Source: Lama guanicoe (taxonomy: Eukaryota). Taken from it: 64,000 nt of DNA. The position numbers were made by a program, and so were the translations under genes. This document shows, in pieces, positions 12,737 to 26,974 of the stretch (position 1 is the first letter of the stretch; each line of letters opens with the position of its first letter). The notes below the pieces were generated by a model. It was not told the DNA's origin and ran no database searches. It was given only the letters and a program-made list of their open reading frames with translations. The stretch spans positions 1-64,000 of the forward strand of contig MU054116.1 in NCBI GenBank assembly GCA_013239625.1. The letters run 5' to 3'.

Positions 12737-13699
12737 ATGTCATTACAAAGAAGGAAAATACCGAGAAATTACACAGAAGTAACAGAATTTATTCTTCTTG
12801 GATTGACAAATGACCCACAGTGGCACGTTGTACTTTTTATATTTCTTCTTGTTACCTACATGCTGAGTGTGACTGAGAACCTGATCATTATCACCCTCAC
12901 CCTTTCAGATCCCCATCTGCAGGCTCCAATGTATTTCTTCCTTCGAAACTTCTCATTCCTAGAAATATCATTCACGTCGGTCTGCATTCCCAGATTTCTT
13001 GTCACTGTCGTGACAGGGGACAGAACCATTTCTTATAATGGTTGTGTAGCTCAGTTGTTTTTCTTCATCTTCTTGGGGGTGACGGAATTTTACCTTCTGG
13101 CTGCCATGTCCTATGACCGCTACGTGGCCATCTGCAAACCCCTACACTACATGACCATCATGAACAGCAGAGTCTGCATACTTCTAGTCTTTAGCTCATG
13201 GCTTGCAGGATTCCTGATCATCTTTCCACCAATAATCTTGCTGCTGCAGTTGGATTTCTGTGCCTCCAATATAATCGATCACTTTATCTGTGATTCTTCT
13301 CCAATTCTGCAGCTTTCTTGCACAAGCACTCGCTTTCTAGAACTCATGGCATTTTTTTTAGCTGTGGTAACACTCATGTTCACCCTCACACTAGTTATTC
13401 TCTCCTACACTTGTATCATCCGGACAATTCTGACGTTTCCCTCCACAGGTCAAAGGAAAAAAGCCTTTTCCACGTGTTCCTCCCACATGGTAGTTGTCTC
13501 CCTCTCTTACGGCAGCTGCATCTTCATGTACATTAAGCCTTCTGCCCGGGAAAGAGTGACTTTAAGCAAAGGAGTAGCTGTGCCCAACACCTCAGTGGCT
13601 CCCCTCTTGAATCCGTTTATATACACACTACGAAATCAGCAAGTGAAGCAAGCCTTCAAGAACATGGTCCAGAGAATGGCCTTTCCTTCAAACAAATGA
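12737..13699 (+). CDS. OR6C75: Olfactory receptor OR6C75-like (320 aa, open, but with non-canonical N-terminus and substitutions at conserved sites)
   Basis: Full OR motif set. [45 protein letters not shown] and [10 protein letters not shown] match recalled human OR6C75. A splice acceptor (tatttt acag) ends at 12724, just upstream of ATG 12737. Confidence 0.9.
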   Translation: MSLQRRKIPRNYTEVTEFILLGLTNDPQWHVVLFIFLLVTYMLSVTENLIIITLTLSDPHLQAPMYFFLRNFSFLEISFTSVCIPRFLVTVVTGDRTISYNGCVAQLFFFIFLGVTEFYLLAAMSYDRYVAICKPLHYMTIMNSRVCILLVFSSWLAGFLIIFPPIILLLQLDFCASNIIDHFICDSSPILQLSCTSTRFLELMAFFLAVVTLMFTLTLVILSYTCIIRTILTFPSTGQRKKAFSTCSSHMVVVSLSYGSCIFMYIKPSARERVTLSKGVAVPNTSVAPLLNPFIYTLRNQQVKQAFKNMVQRMAFPSNK

Positions 13700-14924
13700 C
13701 TGTGATTGTATAAAAGAAGCACCTCTGGAAACATAGCTAAATGAAAAACTCTGAGTTTCGCTACATAAATTCTTGAAGCGCCTCAATTCATTCTTTCAGT
13801 TATACGTATGTATATATCTTCAATGCCTCTTTGTCTTATTAGCCTAAAAACAAGGTCTTATTTTAAGTTATATGGGAAAAATCAACTTGCATCCATGTAA
13901 CAAATATTTAGATATCAGTAATCTGTATTGTTTCTCATATCAAAGCAAGGTTGACTATGGATTCAAACAAAAATAGAGATTGCTATAAGAAGCTTACTAA
14001 AATCCACATACAAAAATAAATTTTATTTTATGTGAAATAAAAATATGTATCTTAGTATCTCAAAAATTGCTTCTATGTCACCAAGAAAATATGGTATACA
14101 GTCTAAAAGCATGATTAAAATATCTCCTTCAACTTATCAATAAAATATAATTAAAATGTGTTGCAAAAATAAATAGACATTTCAGGTAAAATACGTTTTA
14201 AGAATTATTAAACTTGCTATATGAAATGAGGCTGCATTAACTTTTATATTAGTTTTTGGCAGAAAATAATTGCACTTTCTGTGCAACAGAAGAGATTGAA
14301 TTTTCCTTATTTTTCCTTTGAAAATATTTCCTAAAAATAGATGATTTACCTGAAGGTTATGCTGTTTTTACCATACTGGAAAAGGAAAGCCATGGTCTAT
14401 GAAGGTAAATTAAGCTACCCTGATAAAATTCATATTTATATTCAGATTCTATTTATATTCATTTCAATTCATACAAATATGGTCTTTCCTACGCTCATGA
14501 AGAAAATGACAAACACAGAATCTAAAAGGTGTGAGACAGTGACATTCTAGAGAGTATCTTGGAAATGATGATATAAGCGTAATTTATGTCTTAGCTTTCC
14601 TTTATCAGCACATCTACAATACCATCTTGATCTTTCCATTGTCTCTTTCACAGAAGGTCCTACATCATTCACTCATATCCAAGAAAATGACCCCGGGAGG
14701 AAGTATTTGACAACTGTGAAAAATGTGTCCAAGCCCAGTTCCTATAGCTAATGAGCCCCTCGCCTGCAGTGTATCATGAAGAAAATTTGTTGTCTTGGGA
14801 CAGTAGTTATGTCTAACTACGTACAGGCTAAGTGGATTTGACTTTGGTTTCTTGATTTCCAGGTTGGTCTGATGTGTAAGTTTATGTAAAGAGCCCTATG
14901 TATTTTGAGTCCACAATAGAAACC

Positions 14925-15153
14925 NNNNNNNNNNNNNNNNNNNNNNNNNNNNNNNNNNNNNNNNNNNNNNNNNNNNNNNNNNNNNNNNNNNNNNNNNNNN
15001 NNNNNNNNNNNNNNNNNNNNNNNNNNNNNNNNNNNNNNNNNNNNNNNNNNNNNNNNNNNNNNNNNNNNNNNNNNNNNNNNNNNNNNNNNNNNNNNNNNNN
15101 NNNNNNNNNNNNNNNNNNNNNNNNNNNNNNNNNNNNNNNNNNNNNNNNNNNNN
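14925..15153. other. Assembly gap (229 N)
   Basis: Run of N. Confidence 1.
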
Positions 15154-15794
15154 AATTAGGAGTAAACAACATGCAAATGTTAACTAAATGAGTAAACACT
15201 ACATATATGACAGTGATGTAGGTAGACAGGAGAGGCAGAGAGACAGGGTAAGGGAAAGTTGATCCTCTCCATTCCATTGAAACGGAATATAGCTTTTTAA
15301 AATTGTGACTCACTATGTTGTTAACCTGAAATATATATTTTCCATCAACTATACTGCACTAAAAAATAAATACATTTTAAATGTGAAAAGAAATAATTAC
15401 TTCTAAATGAATATAAAATTTCAAAAACAAAAATAAGTTAAAAAGGACAATTCTATCTTAAATCTCTCCTTAAACTGAAATCATTAATACAGTTCCATTT
15501 ATGAGAAGAGAGGTACAAGTGGATGAAAAGGCAGAGGAGGGAATGCCTAACAGCACAGAGAGAGTATCGGTCTTCGCTGTGAATAAGGGATTTGGTTGGC
15601 TACTCAAATGAAATTCATCACCATTTGAAATAACATTCAGAGAATATTAGACAAAGCATGGTCTGTTTTCCCCATTCATGGAGTTAAACATACTATTAAA
15701 GTTCTATATGAAAATAATTATTAGAAACTAGGAACTAGGAACTATGCAAATAGATTTTATAGCACACCGATGGCTCAAATTTTCTACCTGTTCA

Positions 15795-16685
15795 CTAAAA
15801 AGGTTGTAAAAGTGCTCGAAGTCACTAATCATCAAAGAAATGCAAATTAAAACCACAATTAGATATCTTCTCATACCTGTTAGAATGAATATTATCAAAA
15901 GGCAAATGTTAAGTGTTTGTGAGGATGTGGAGAAAAGGGAAACCTTGTACTCTGTCAGTGGTATGTAAACTGGTAGTCACTATAGAAAACAGTATGAAGA
16001 TACCTTTAAAAATTGAAAATAGAACTACTATAAGACACAGCAGTCCCACCTCTGAATATATATCTGAAAGAACCAAAATCAGTATCTGAAGAGACAGTCT
16101 GTACTCCCATTTTCATTTCGGCATTATTATTCACAATACACAAGATACGGAAACAACCTAATTATCCATCAACAGATAGATGGATAAAGAAAGAATATAT
16201 ATATTTGTAATGGAATATTATTCAGCCTGCCATTGCAACAACATAGATGAACATAGAGGACATTATGCTAAGGAAAATAAGCTAGAGAAAGACAAATATT
16301 GTATGGCATCACTTATATCTGGAATCTAAAAAGTAAATAAATAAATAACTCAAACTCATAGTAACGGAGAATAGAATGGTGGTTGCCCAGGGATGGAGAG
16401 GTCGGGGAAATAGGAAAATGTTGTAACTTTCAGTAAAACGAATAAGTTCTGAGGAGTTAATATACAGTATAGCGACTATAGTTAATAATACTGTATTCTT
16501 GAAATTTGCTAAGAGAGTGGATCTTAAGCCTTCTCAAATTACATACACACTAATTAATTGGAAGTGATGGATATGTTAATTAACTTGACTATGATAATCA
16601 TTTTACAATGTATATGTGCATCAAATCTTCACACTGTACATTTTAAATAGTTACAGTTTTATTTATCAGTTATAAAACCGGGGGA
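15795..16685 (+). mobile_element. LINE-1 3' end, L1MA-like
   Basis: ORF2 C-terminal remnant (cactaatcatcaaagaaatgcaaattaaaaccacaa), then 3' UTR aaatttgctaagagagtggatcttaag...gatggatatgttaattaacttga. Confidence 0.8.
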
Positions 16686-16699
16686 AACAAAAGATTGAG

Positions 16700-17495
16700 T
16701 GAACTCCTTTAAACAAAAAAAATGGGCAAAATCCCAAAGAACGACTACACTAAATGCTGGTTAGAATGTGGAGCAACAGTAACTCTTATTCATTGCTGGC
16801 AGGAATGCAAAATGGGACAGCCACTTTGGAAGAAAGTTTGGCAATTTCTTACATAGGGTCCAGTAATCGCACTCCTCAGTATTTACCCAAAGTTGCTGAA
16901 AATTATGTCCACACAAAAAACCGCATACAAATATTTATAACAGCTTTAGTAATTAATTGCCAAAATTTTGAAAGCCACCAAGATGTTCTTCAGTAGGTGA
17001 ATGGATGAATAAACTGTGGTACATCAGACAATGGGATATTATTTAGTACTAAAAGAAAATGAACTATCAAATCATGAAAACACATAAAGGATCATTAAAT
17101 GCACATTACTAAGTAAAAGATCCAATCCAAAAAGGCCACACACTATGATTACCACTATCTGACATTCTAGAAAAAGTAGAACTATGGCGATGGTAAAAAC
17201 ATCAGTGTTTGAGGGTTGGGGATAGGGATGACTAGGAGGGACACAGAGGATTTTTAGGGCATTGAAAATATTCCGTGTGATACTATAATGATAGATACAA
17301 GTCATTTTACTTTTGTCTAAAGTGTAGAATCTATAACACCAAGAGTAAACACTAAGGACTTTAGGTGACTTACGTGTTACTATAGGTTCATCAGCTGTGA
17401 CAATTGTACTGCTCTGGTGGGGCATGTGGAAAATCTCTGTATCTTCTCAATTTTGCTATGAACGTAAAGGCGCTCTTAAAAATAGACTTTAAAAA
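16700..17495 (+). mobile_element. LINE-1 3' end, L1MC1-like
   Basis: gaatgtggagcaacag...ccacacaaaaa...ccaagatgttcttcagtaggtgaatggat...cacagaggatttttaggg...tctcaattttgctatgaac. Confidence 0.75.
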
Positions 17496-17509
17496 GGGAA
17501 AAGGAAAAA

Positions 17510-20500
17510 TGACTCTATGCTCAAAAATTTGAAACCTTTAAATGAAAAAGATCAATTCCTTGAAAGAAAACTATGGAACTCACACAAGGAAAAGGAGATA
17601 ACCTGAACAGGTCTATATTCATTAAAAAAAAAAGTACACTGATAATTAACAACTTTCCAAAAAGAAAGCCCCAGATTCAGACAGTTTCAATGGTGAATTC
17701 TACCAAACATAAGAAAGAAGCTATGTTAATTCTCTAAAAATCTTTTTCAGAAAACAAAAGCAGAGGGGACACTTCCTAACTTATTCCACAAGGCCAGCAT
17801 TACTCTAATACCAAAACCAAACAAAGCCATGACAATAAAAAACTACTGATAAATATCTCCCACAAACATGGAGGAAAACTTTCTCAACAAAATATTAACA
17901 AATCACATCTAACAATGTACAAAATGAATTAAACATCATGAACACATGGGATTTACCCCAGATATCCAGGTCTGGCTCAACATTTGAAAAATCAATGCAA
18001 GTAACCCATCATATCAACAGGCTAAAGAAAACAACTTATGTTATATCACATGATCTAGAAAGAGCACTTCAACAACAAAACTAATTCATTGTAAAAAGTT
18101 TCAGCAAACTGAGAATGAGAAGAAAGTCTTCAACTTAAAAAGAACATCTAGAAAAAAAAACTTATAGCTAACATCCTACTTAATATTGATGAACTTGATG
18201 CTTTACCCCAAGTTCAGGAACACGGCAATTATTTCCTCTCTTATCGCTCCTATTCAACATACTACTGGAAGACTGATTAGTCAAATAAGGCAAGAAAAGA
18301 AAATACATACAGATTTGAAAGAGAGAAAACTATGTGCAAAATCCTGAAGAACTGACTGGAAAAAAAACCTTCCTGGGATTAATATGTGATTATAGAAATG
18401 CTGAGGGACATAGGTTAATACACAAGAATCAGTAAAAGTCACTTTTCTACCTACATATCAGCAACTAACAAAATTTAGAATCTGAAACAAAAAAAAATTA
18501 GAATTTGTAACAAAGTAAACTATTTACAGTAATGCCAAAAAGAGAAATACTTAGGTATAAATCAAATGAAATATGTATAAAACCTATATGCAGAAAACCA
18601 CAAAACACTGATGAAAGAAATCGAAGATATAAATAAATATTGGTAAGATATCAATTCTCCTCAATTTATTCTGTATATTCTTCACAATACCGGTCAATAG
18701 CTCAGCAAGCTACTTTGTAGGCATCAGCAAACTGATTCTGAAGTTTAGGTGGAAATGCAAACACCTAGAATAGCCTAGAATAGTCAACACAATACTTAAG
18801 AAGAAAAGAAACAAAGGTCAAAAACTCATAATATCCAATTTCAATATTCACAACAAAGATAAACTAATGAATACAGAGTGATACTGGCAAAAGCATAGAC
18901 ACATGGATCAAAGGAACAATAGAGATTCTAGAAATAGAACAACATGCATATAGTCAGTAAATCTTTGACAAAGGAGAAAAGGCAATTTAGTTGAGAAAAG
19001 TTAATCTTTTTCACAATTAGTACTGGTAGAAATGGATACCCATATAAAAAACTACCCTAGACAAAGACCTTCCACAAATGCTAACTCAAAATGGATCATA
19101 GACCTAATTATAAAATACAACACCAAATGATATTTATATACAACTATAAATACATAATCTATGAAACAAGAAATTGTTAAGCTTCTCTCATTAAAATGTA
19201 AAACTTCTGGTCTGCAATGGCACTATCAATATGTTGAGGACAAGCCACCGACTGGGAGAAGATACTGGAAAACACATACTTGATAAAGAACTGTTTATCC
19301 AAAATTTACCAAAAAAAGATGTTTAACCCTTAAAATTCAACAATAAGAAAATGAACAACCCAATTAAAAATGAGCAAAAGATCCCACAGACATCCCCCCA
19401 AAGGTGATACATAGAAGGAAAATAATAAGCATATGGAAAGATGTTCAGCATCATTGTCATTAGATAATTGCAAATTAAAACAGCAATGAGCTAACACTAT
19501 GCACACAGTGTAATGACTAAATTGTAAAACAATGACAACACCAACTGTCAGAGATAAAGCAGAGCAACAGGAACTCTGATACTCTCATTTATGAGCTATC
19601 AAGCCAGGAAAAGACATGGGTGAAGCTTAAATCCATATTTCTAATTTAACGAAGTCAATCTGAAAAGGCAACATACTATATGATTCCGGTTTATGATATC
19701 CTAGAAAAAGCAAAACTATATATAATATAAAAAGATCCATGGTTGCCCGAGATTACTGTAAGAAAGCGAAGCTTACAAGGGTGAACTGAATGGGGAATTT
19801 AAAGCAAAGAAACTATTCTGTGTACTACTGTAATGGTGAATTCACGGTACTATGCATTTGCCAAAATTTATAGAACATTACACTACAAAGAGTAAACCTT
19901 AATTTATACAAATGTTTAAAAAATTATTTAAGAGGTCAGGGGATCACAGAGTGGAATACAGACTATGATCTCCCAAAATAACTGTATTTTAAATGAATGC
20001 AGTTATCTTACTGAAGGGAGTAGAGTTGAAAGTTGCTGACCTAAGCTACTTCAGAAATGATTGAAATATGTAAGACTAAAAACAAATAAAATGTACATAA
20101 GTATTGCACTCTAGCTAATAAAGTGGTTTCCCATCATTGTATAGGTCAATAATTTTGATAACACTATATATGTATATAAAAATTTAACAATTAAGTAAGT
20201 GGATGGTGGAGCCAAGATTCTCACTTTTGCAGTGGGAGATGACAGAGAAGCAAGAGAGGGAAACTACAATCCATGTGGTAATGGAGATAACAGTATGGAT
20301 TCATTTTTAGCTTAATATTGATCCAAAAGGTAATAGAGAGGAATATTTATGCATATGTATTTATATAGAGGTTAGTTGACTCACATATATTTCCTGGTTC
20401 TCTCCTCTTAGAGGACCCAGAAGCAATGGCACCACGGCAGCTATGAACACATCCAGAGGTGAGATTTTGGTTTCTAATACCATTCTCCAATAAAAGGAAC

Positions 20501-21020
20501 CAGGTATCACTGGAGAAGCGTCTGATTAGAAGTCTGTGGTAAGGAATATACAAGATGATCCTGAAGCATCTTAGAGTTCCAGAAAATAAAGAAATAATTT
20601 TTTAAAAAGCACAGTGATGGCTGTATATCAAAGGAAACAGTAGCCAACTGAAAGGGGTCCCAATGGCCAAAGCTGGAAAAATTTAGCAACAAAATAAGTT
20701 AGCACTGGATATAATCAAAGTGTAAAATAAATATCCATGAATCCATACCGATATAAATAAATAAATTAATAAATTAATAAATGAGGAAGAGTACACAATT
20801 ACCTATCTTATAAAGGAATCCCAAATAATTTATATAGATACTTCTCCTTCAAGGAGGCAGAGCCATATTCCCACTTTTTCAGTGTGGGCTGCACATGGTG
20901 ACTTCCTTCCAAAGAATACAGTGTGGGAAGTGGAGGCTGGGGAGACAGCAACTTTATTTTGGAGAACTCTAACAAAAAGTACCACAGCTCACATCAACAG
21001 TGATAAATCATGTTGGTAGT
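17510..21020 (+). mobile_element. Old LINE-1 (L1MC3-like): degraded ORF2 plus long 3' UTR
   Basis: ORF2 RT-region remnants (ggtgaattctaccaaacat, aggccagcattactctaataccaaaacca, ctcctattcaacatactactggaag) with many indels. 3' UTR ttggtttctaataccattctccaataaaaggaaccagg. Confidence 0.8.
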
Positions 21021-21044
21021 ACGAATAATTAACAATTATAGTAC

Positions 21045-22101
21045 AAAAGACAACCTATGGACTGGGAAAAAATATTCACAAATGATGTGACTGACAAGGG
21101 CTTAATTTCCGGAACATACAAACAGCTCATACAACTCAATCACAAGAAAACAACCCAATCAAAAAAACAGGCAGAAGATCTAGACAGACATTTCTCCAAA
21201 TAAGACATACATACGGCCAATAGGCACATGAAAAGATACTCAATACAGCTAATTATCAGAGAAATGCAAATCAAAACTACTATGAGGTATCACCTTACAT
21301 TGGTCAGAATGGCCGCTATTTAAAAGTCCACAAAATAAATGCTAGAGAGGGTGTGGAGAAAAGGGAACTCTCCTACACTGTTCATGGTAATGTAAATTGG
21401 TACAGCTACTATGGAAAACAATATGGGGATCCCTTTAAAAACTCCTAAAAACAGACTTACCCTATTACCCAGCAATCCCACTCCTGGGCATATATCCAGA
21501 GGGAACTCGAATTGGAAAAGATACACATACACACAATGTTCACAGCAGCACTATTTACAATAGCCAAGACATGGAAGCAATCTAAATGTCCATTGACAGA
21601 TGACTGGATAAAGAAGTGATTCATACAGATACACACACACACACACACAATGAAATACTACTAAGCCATACAAAGAATGAAATAATGCCATTTGCAGCAA
21701 CATGGATGGACCTAGAGATTATCATACTATGTGAAGTAGGTCAGAGACAACTATCATATGACGTCACTTATATGTAGAATCTTAAAAAACGATACAAATG
21801 AACTTACTTACAAAAGAAAAAGAGGCTCACAAATATAGAAAACAAATTTATAGTTATCAAAGAGAAGGGAGGAAAGGAGAAGTAAATAAGGAGTTAGGAA
21901 TTAATGGATACAAACGGCTATATATAAAACAGATAAACAACAAGGTTCTACTGTATAGCACAGGGAACTACATTCAGTATCTTACAATAACCTATAATAA
22001 AAAGAATTTATACGTATTATGTATAACTGAATCACTACGTTGTATACTAGAAACTAACACAACACTGTAAATCAACTATACCTCAATAAAAGAAATAAAA
22101 A
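21045..22101 (+). mobile_element. 5'-truncated cetartiodactyl-type LINE-1 3' end (intermediate age)
   Basis: ORF2 C-terminal region, then 3' UTR gataaacaacaaggttctactgtatagcacagggaactacattcagtatc...gaaactaacacaacactgtaaatcaactatacctcaataaaa. Contains a (CA)n tract near 21631-21649. Confidence 0.85.
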
Positions 22102-24465
22102 TGAAACAGTACACAAATTTTGCCTGCTTCGTTTTCTAATGTGAAGGAAGCACTATTTAATGAAATTTTTCAGACAACCAACTTCATGGGTTTTATGTGT
22201 GTATTATTAATCTCTCAGTTTTTGTTGTATCTTGTTGTATGTGCCTATCCACTAGCTATAGCTTACCTAAAATAGGCGCTCAATATATTTACTAGCAAAT
22301 TTATAACAAATAAAACCTTTGAATAGCACATTTTATATTCTAGTGGCCCTTCTCTTGCTATTTTTGGCTTCTTCACAAGTTTACATTTTTAATTAAATAT
22401 ATTGCCTTGGCAGAAATTAATTTCAAGTAAAAATAAAATAACATTGACAATATGAAATCCAAAATTTCAAAGACCACTATTTCCTCATTGTTGTTCTTTG
22501 CATTATACACCTCTCTGACATTTAAGGTTTTTAAAAAATATTTTCCCAAAGATACTTAATTAAAATTATTCAACTAAATTTGGGATGAACTAATCAGCAC
22601 CATCACTCTCCAGAGGCATTTTAATTGTTTCACTGCGAGAATCCCCTGTGACTGTTTTGAGGGAAAAATGGATAAAACCAGTCTGTTTGCTTTGGAAACA
22701 ATAGTTAGAAACCCTAGTCTTCCCACTGGAAAGTAAAGAAAGTAAAACAAAAATTAGAAGCCATCTTTCTTTCAAAAGTTACTCAGAACCAAGGAAGATA
22801 CTGTATCACTAGGTCTTTCTTTCATCTAAGGTTAGGACATTGCCACTTGAATGGAAATCTGGGGAAAGGAGAGGGACATGGCCTTGGACTGTGCAACTTG
22901 GAATTGTTCTTTACATTCCAAGGATTTTCCTTCTCTCAAATTTCTACTCAAATGCCATGCAGCTCGCCTGTTTTCCACAGCTATTACTTCTTGAATCTCA
23001 CTCAAGAAGGTTTGAGCTGTCTCCCTGTGAACTAAGAGCTTCACTTAATTAACCAGCAAAATATATAACTTTAGCACCTCTATTTGTCAGTTTCACTGAA
23101 GTAACTACTGCCCTGATCCTACTTTCTTTTTTTTTTTCCTTCTTTTAATCTATTTAGTTTTTTGAGAGTCTTACCCTCATTCCAGGAAAAGTGTGCTCTC
23201 TGGTTCTGCTGTGTAACCAGTTAAAACCTTAGGACAGTGGTCCATTTTGCTGCAATTCTCTCCCACTTCCAGGGCTTCTAGCTTTACTCCTAAACAACGA
23301 GTTAGTACCAGAGACATTGTTACTCAATAAAAAAAACTTTGCAATACTACCTGAGTCTCAGACGTTCAGACTTTACATGAATGGACTACTTGGGACAACT
23401 CACAGAGCTTCTGCTACCATGTCACCAACCCTTTCCTGCAGCACAGTCTTCAGAACCTCTTGAATACTTTGCCTGCCATCTGAATGTAACACCTTCTACC
23501 AGCTAGTGGGACTATGTCACCTTTCTGTCTGGGCCTTCTCAACTTCAGGAATAAGCTTTCTCCTGGATTATTCTTTAGTATGTTCCACCTCACTCTATGC
23601 AACCAAGATCATTTGGCCAAATTCCACCTACACACTATGTAAGTATGTTATTGCATAAGAAAATCAAAGGCAGGAACAAGTTGTGAAGTCTATGAATACT
23701 CCAAAGTTAAAGCACCACACACTGACACACAGTTGAAGTAAAGTAACAGAATATTTGGGTTTGAAAAGTCAATTTGCTACCACATGGGCTTATGTAATGA
23801 TAAGCGTATTTTTCATGTCTCACCTCATTCATTTTTCCATTTTCTAATCAATTCATAACTTAGATCAACTAACTTTGGTTGTAAGAATCTCTTCTTAAAA
23901 AGCAATAGATTACTATTTAATTCAGAAAAGAAAAACTTTAAGTTCTGAGTTTGTTTAGGAGAATATAAATATCAATTTTGATGGCTCTGAGTCTTTCAGA
24001 AAGCTATTAATTATCCATGTAGCCAGGAATAACATTAAAAATCTTGAAAAAACTACAGAAAATAACAAATTTAAAAGGTTCCATATTCAGAAAAATCATT
24101 AGAACATGTAGTCACTGAACATTATAACATTTTATAGAGTTCTGCTTAATTTTTTACACATATAACTTTTAAAAGAAAGTAAAACACATTTGATAAGTAT
24201 ATTTTTCTTATTCATATAAGATTATTAGACCTATCAAGTGACTTACTCAATATTATATGGCTAGTGATCTACAAATGTAAGAGGTTTTTTTGTCCTGGTT
24301 TACATGTATTTTCAAAATTCAGTACAACTTGGTGGTTAATTTATTGGTTCATTATAGTATATATTTCTTAAACCAGCAGAGATGATAAAAAAAAGTAACC
24401 CTGCACTCACTAAATCATTGTTTCTTGTTTGCATTTATAGACCAGGAAGAAGTCAGCAATAAGAA

Positions 24466-25392
24466 ATGAAAAATCACACGTCTGTGAAAGAGTTCATTCT
24501 TCTTGGATTAACAGATGACCCAGAGCTAAATATTCTCATTTTTCTATTTCTATTTTTCACATATATACTGAGTATAACTGGAAACTTGACAATCATCACC
24601 CTCACTCTGATAGATTCCCACCTCAAAACTCCCATGTATTTCTTCCTTAGGAATTTCTCTTTCCTAGAAACCTCATTCACAACAGTTTGTATTCCTAGAT
24701 TTCTGGTCAGCATTGTAACAGGGGATATGACCATTTCCTATAATTCCTGCATGGCCCAGGTGTTTTTTTTCATACTCCTTGGTTCAACGGAATTTTTCCT
24801 TTTGACTGCGATGTCCTATGATCGGTATGTGGCTATCTGCAAGCCACTGCATTACACAACCATAATGAACAGCAGAATCTGCAACCAGCTTGTCATTAGT
24901 TCTTGGCTGGCTGGATTTCTCATCATCTTTCCACCTGTGATCATGGGACTTCAACTGGATTTCTGTGACTCCAACACTGACCACTTCACCTGTGATTCTT
25001 CTCCTATGCTACTGATCTCCTGCACAGACACAGCACTCCTAGAGCTCATGGGATTTTTCCTGGCAGTATTCACGCTCATGGTAACCTTAACATTAGTGAT
25101 CCTTTCCTATGTATTCATCCTTAAAACAATTCTGAGGATTCCCTCTGCTGAGCAAAGGAAAAAGGCCTTTTCTACATGTTCCTCACACATGATCGTTGTC
25201 TCCATTTCTTATGGAAGTTGCATTTTCATGTATGTCAAAACTTCAGCAAAAGAAGGAGTGGCTTTGAACAAGGGTATAGCAGTGCTCAATACCTCTGTTG
25301 CCCCAATGCTAAATCCTTTTATTTATTCCCTGAGGAACCAGCAGGTCAAGCAGTCCTTTAAGAACTTGGCCAAAAAAATGCTTCTCAAATAA
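24466..25392 (+). CDS. Olfactory receptor, OR6C subfamily (308 aa), closest in this window to the OR6C65-like locus; one-codon deletion in ECL2
   Basis: MKNHT start, [49 protein letters not shown]. Acceptor ttgcatttatag ends at 24440. Exact orthologue not recognised. Confidence 0.92.
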   Translation: MKNHTSVKEFILLGLTDDPELNILIFLFLFFTYILSITGNLTIITLTLIDSHLKTPMYFFLRNFSFLETSFTTVCIPRFLVSIVTGDMTISYNSCMAQVFFFILLGSTEFFLLTAMSYDRYVAICKPLHYTTIMNSRICNQLVISSWLAGFLIIFPPVIMGLQLDFCDSNTDHFTCDSSPMLLISCTDTALLELMGFFLAVFTLMVTLTLVILSYVFILKTILRIPSAEQRKKAFSTCSSHMIVVSISYGSCIFMYVKTSAKEGVALNKGIAVLNTSVAPMLNPFIYSLRNQQVKQSFKNLAKKMLLK

Positions 25393-26974
25393 ATTTTAAT
25401 CATAAAGAAATTCATGACCTGAACTTTAAATGAACCTTATGTCTAACACAATTATTAACATCATTATATTTTTCCATCCACTACTATATTCAACTTCCTC
25501 TCCCCTCAGGTTTTATTTTCCATGTATCCCATTTTCACCTCATTTGATTCAACTATTTTTCTATATTTAAATGCCCTGAAAAATTTTTGAGCATGAGTGA
25601 TATGATGTCACAAAGTGAGAATGACATTTAATAAAAATTCCAGAACTGAGTTCTAATAATCATCGAAGAACTTTCCCTTTGGGCATCAATCAAGAGCTAA
25701 ATAAAAGTTATTGTCACACAATTTGAAAAAAATTATTTCTCCCAGTACATAAGATTGAAATAAACCTTTCTGTGAGGTAAAGCCTCCTACGTCTAGTGTG
25801 CTTCTATTTATCCTTGTATCTTACATTATAAATGTTGATCTATGCTATTTGGGGCATAGGGATTATACTCATTGTGAAGTCCATGCTTCAATATTATAAC
25901 ATACTTAGTGTTTTTTTGGACAAAATTCCAAAGTTACTACAAGTGTAGTGTTGACATTTCAGTAAAACCCTGATACCCTCACCATGAAGCACCTCTAATG
26001 AACTATAGGGGTGACTGCTCCATGGCCCATTATTTTCTTTTAATTTGCCCGTGATGAGTCTGGAGCTCATCTCAGGCTCCTATGGAAAGAACCTGGCATG
26101 CCTTTTCTTTCTTAAGATTCAGTTTCCTCTGATTTTTTTTGGCAATTAAAACCATATGCTTTTTCTCTCCCAGGCAATTTTCAAAATTTCTGATACACTG
26201 ATGATATACTAAAGTGTTTTCCAGCATTTGTATGATTTCATTCTTTTAAAAAAATATATATATATACACACACACACGTATATTTCAGAATTTTTATGGA
26301 CATTGGACGATGTAGATTTAAGAATGTTTGCATTGCCCAACTTTGACATAAATCTTTTCTATAAGAAGTTCTTAATTCTAGTTGTATGCTTATAAGAATA
26401 AATCTTTGTTTAGTATTTATCCATTTGCTTCTTTATTACACTGTTCTACAAGGGATGCATGAACACATGAAATAATTTAATTTCAATTAGAACACTTTCC
26501 CTTAATGGATTCTCAAAGCTTAGGTCTTTTTCCTTACCATTAAGAAACAAAAAGAGTTCTTCTAACAAGTGTTAAGAGAAACAGGATTACACACATAATC
26601 AAAAATAGGTGAAAATTAACAAATTCTGAGTATGAATGTCTAAATCATTCATATATTTACATTTTCATATCTCAGCAAAAACATTTACTACATCTTCTTG
26701 TAAAAAGTGTTTTGCTCAATTTGATAGTAACTTCAGTTAGAACTGGATGTATACTGGGCTCTTTTCTTAGGCATCATAGGTGTGAATTTTCTAGCTATTC
26801 CAGTATTATGTTTTTGTTTATCTCTTTGCTTTACAAGACTTTTTATTTTTCAGTTGTTGCTTTGGAGATTCTACATAAACATAAATACTTGCTTTGCACT
26901 TGTTGATGTAGATATGACTCAGGCAATGTGATGCTCAAGAATGTCCAGATCCTTCAGTGCATATGAGTAGAGAA

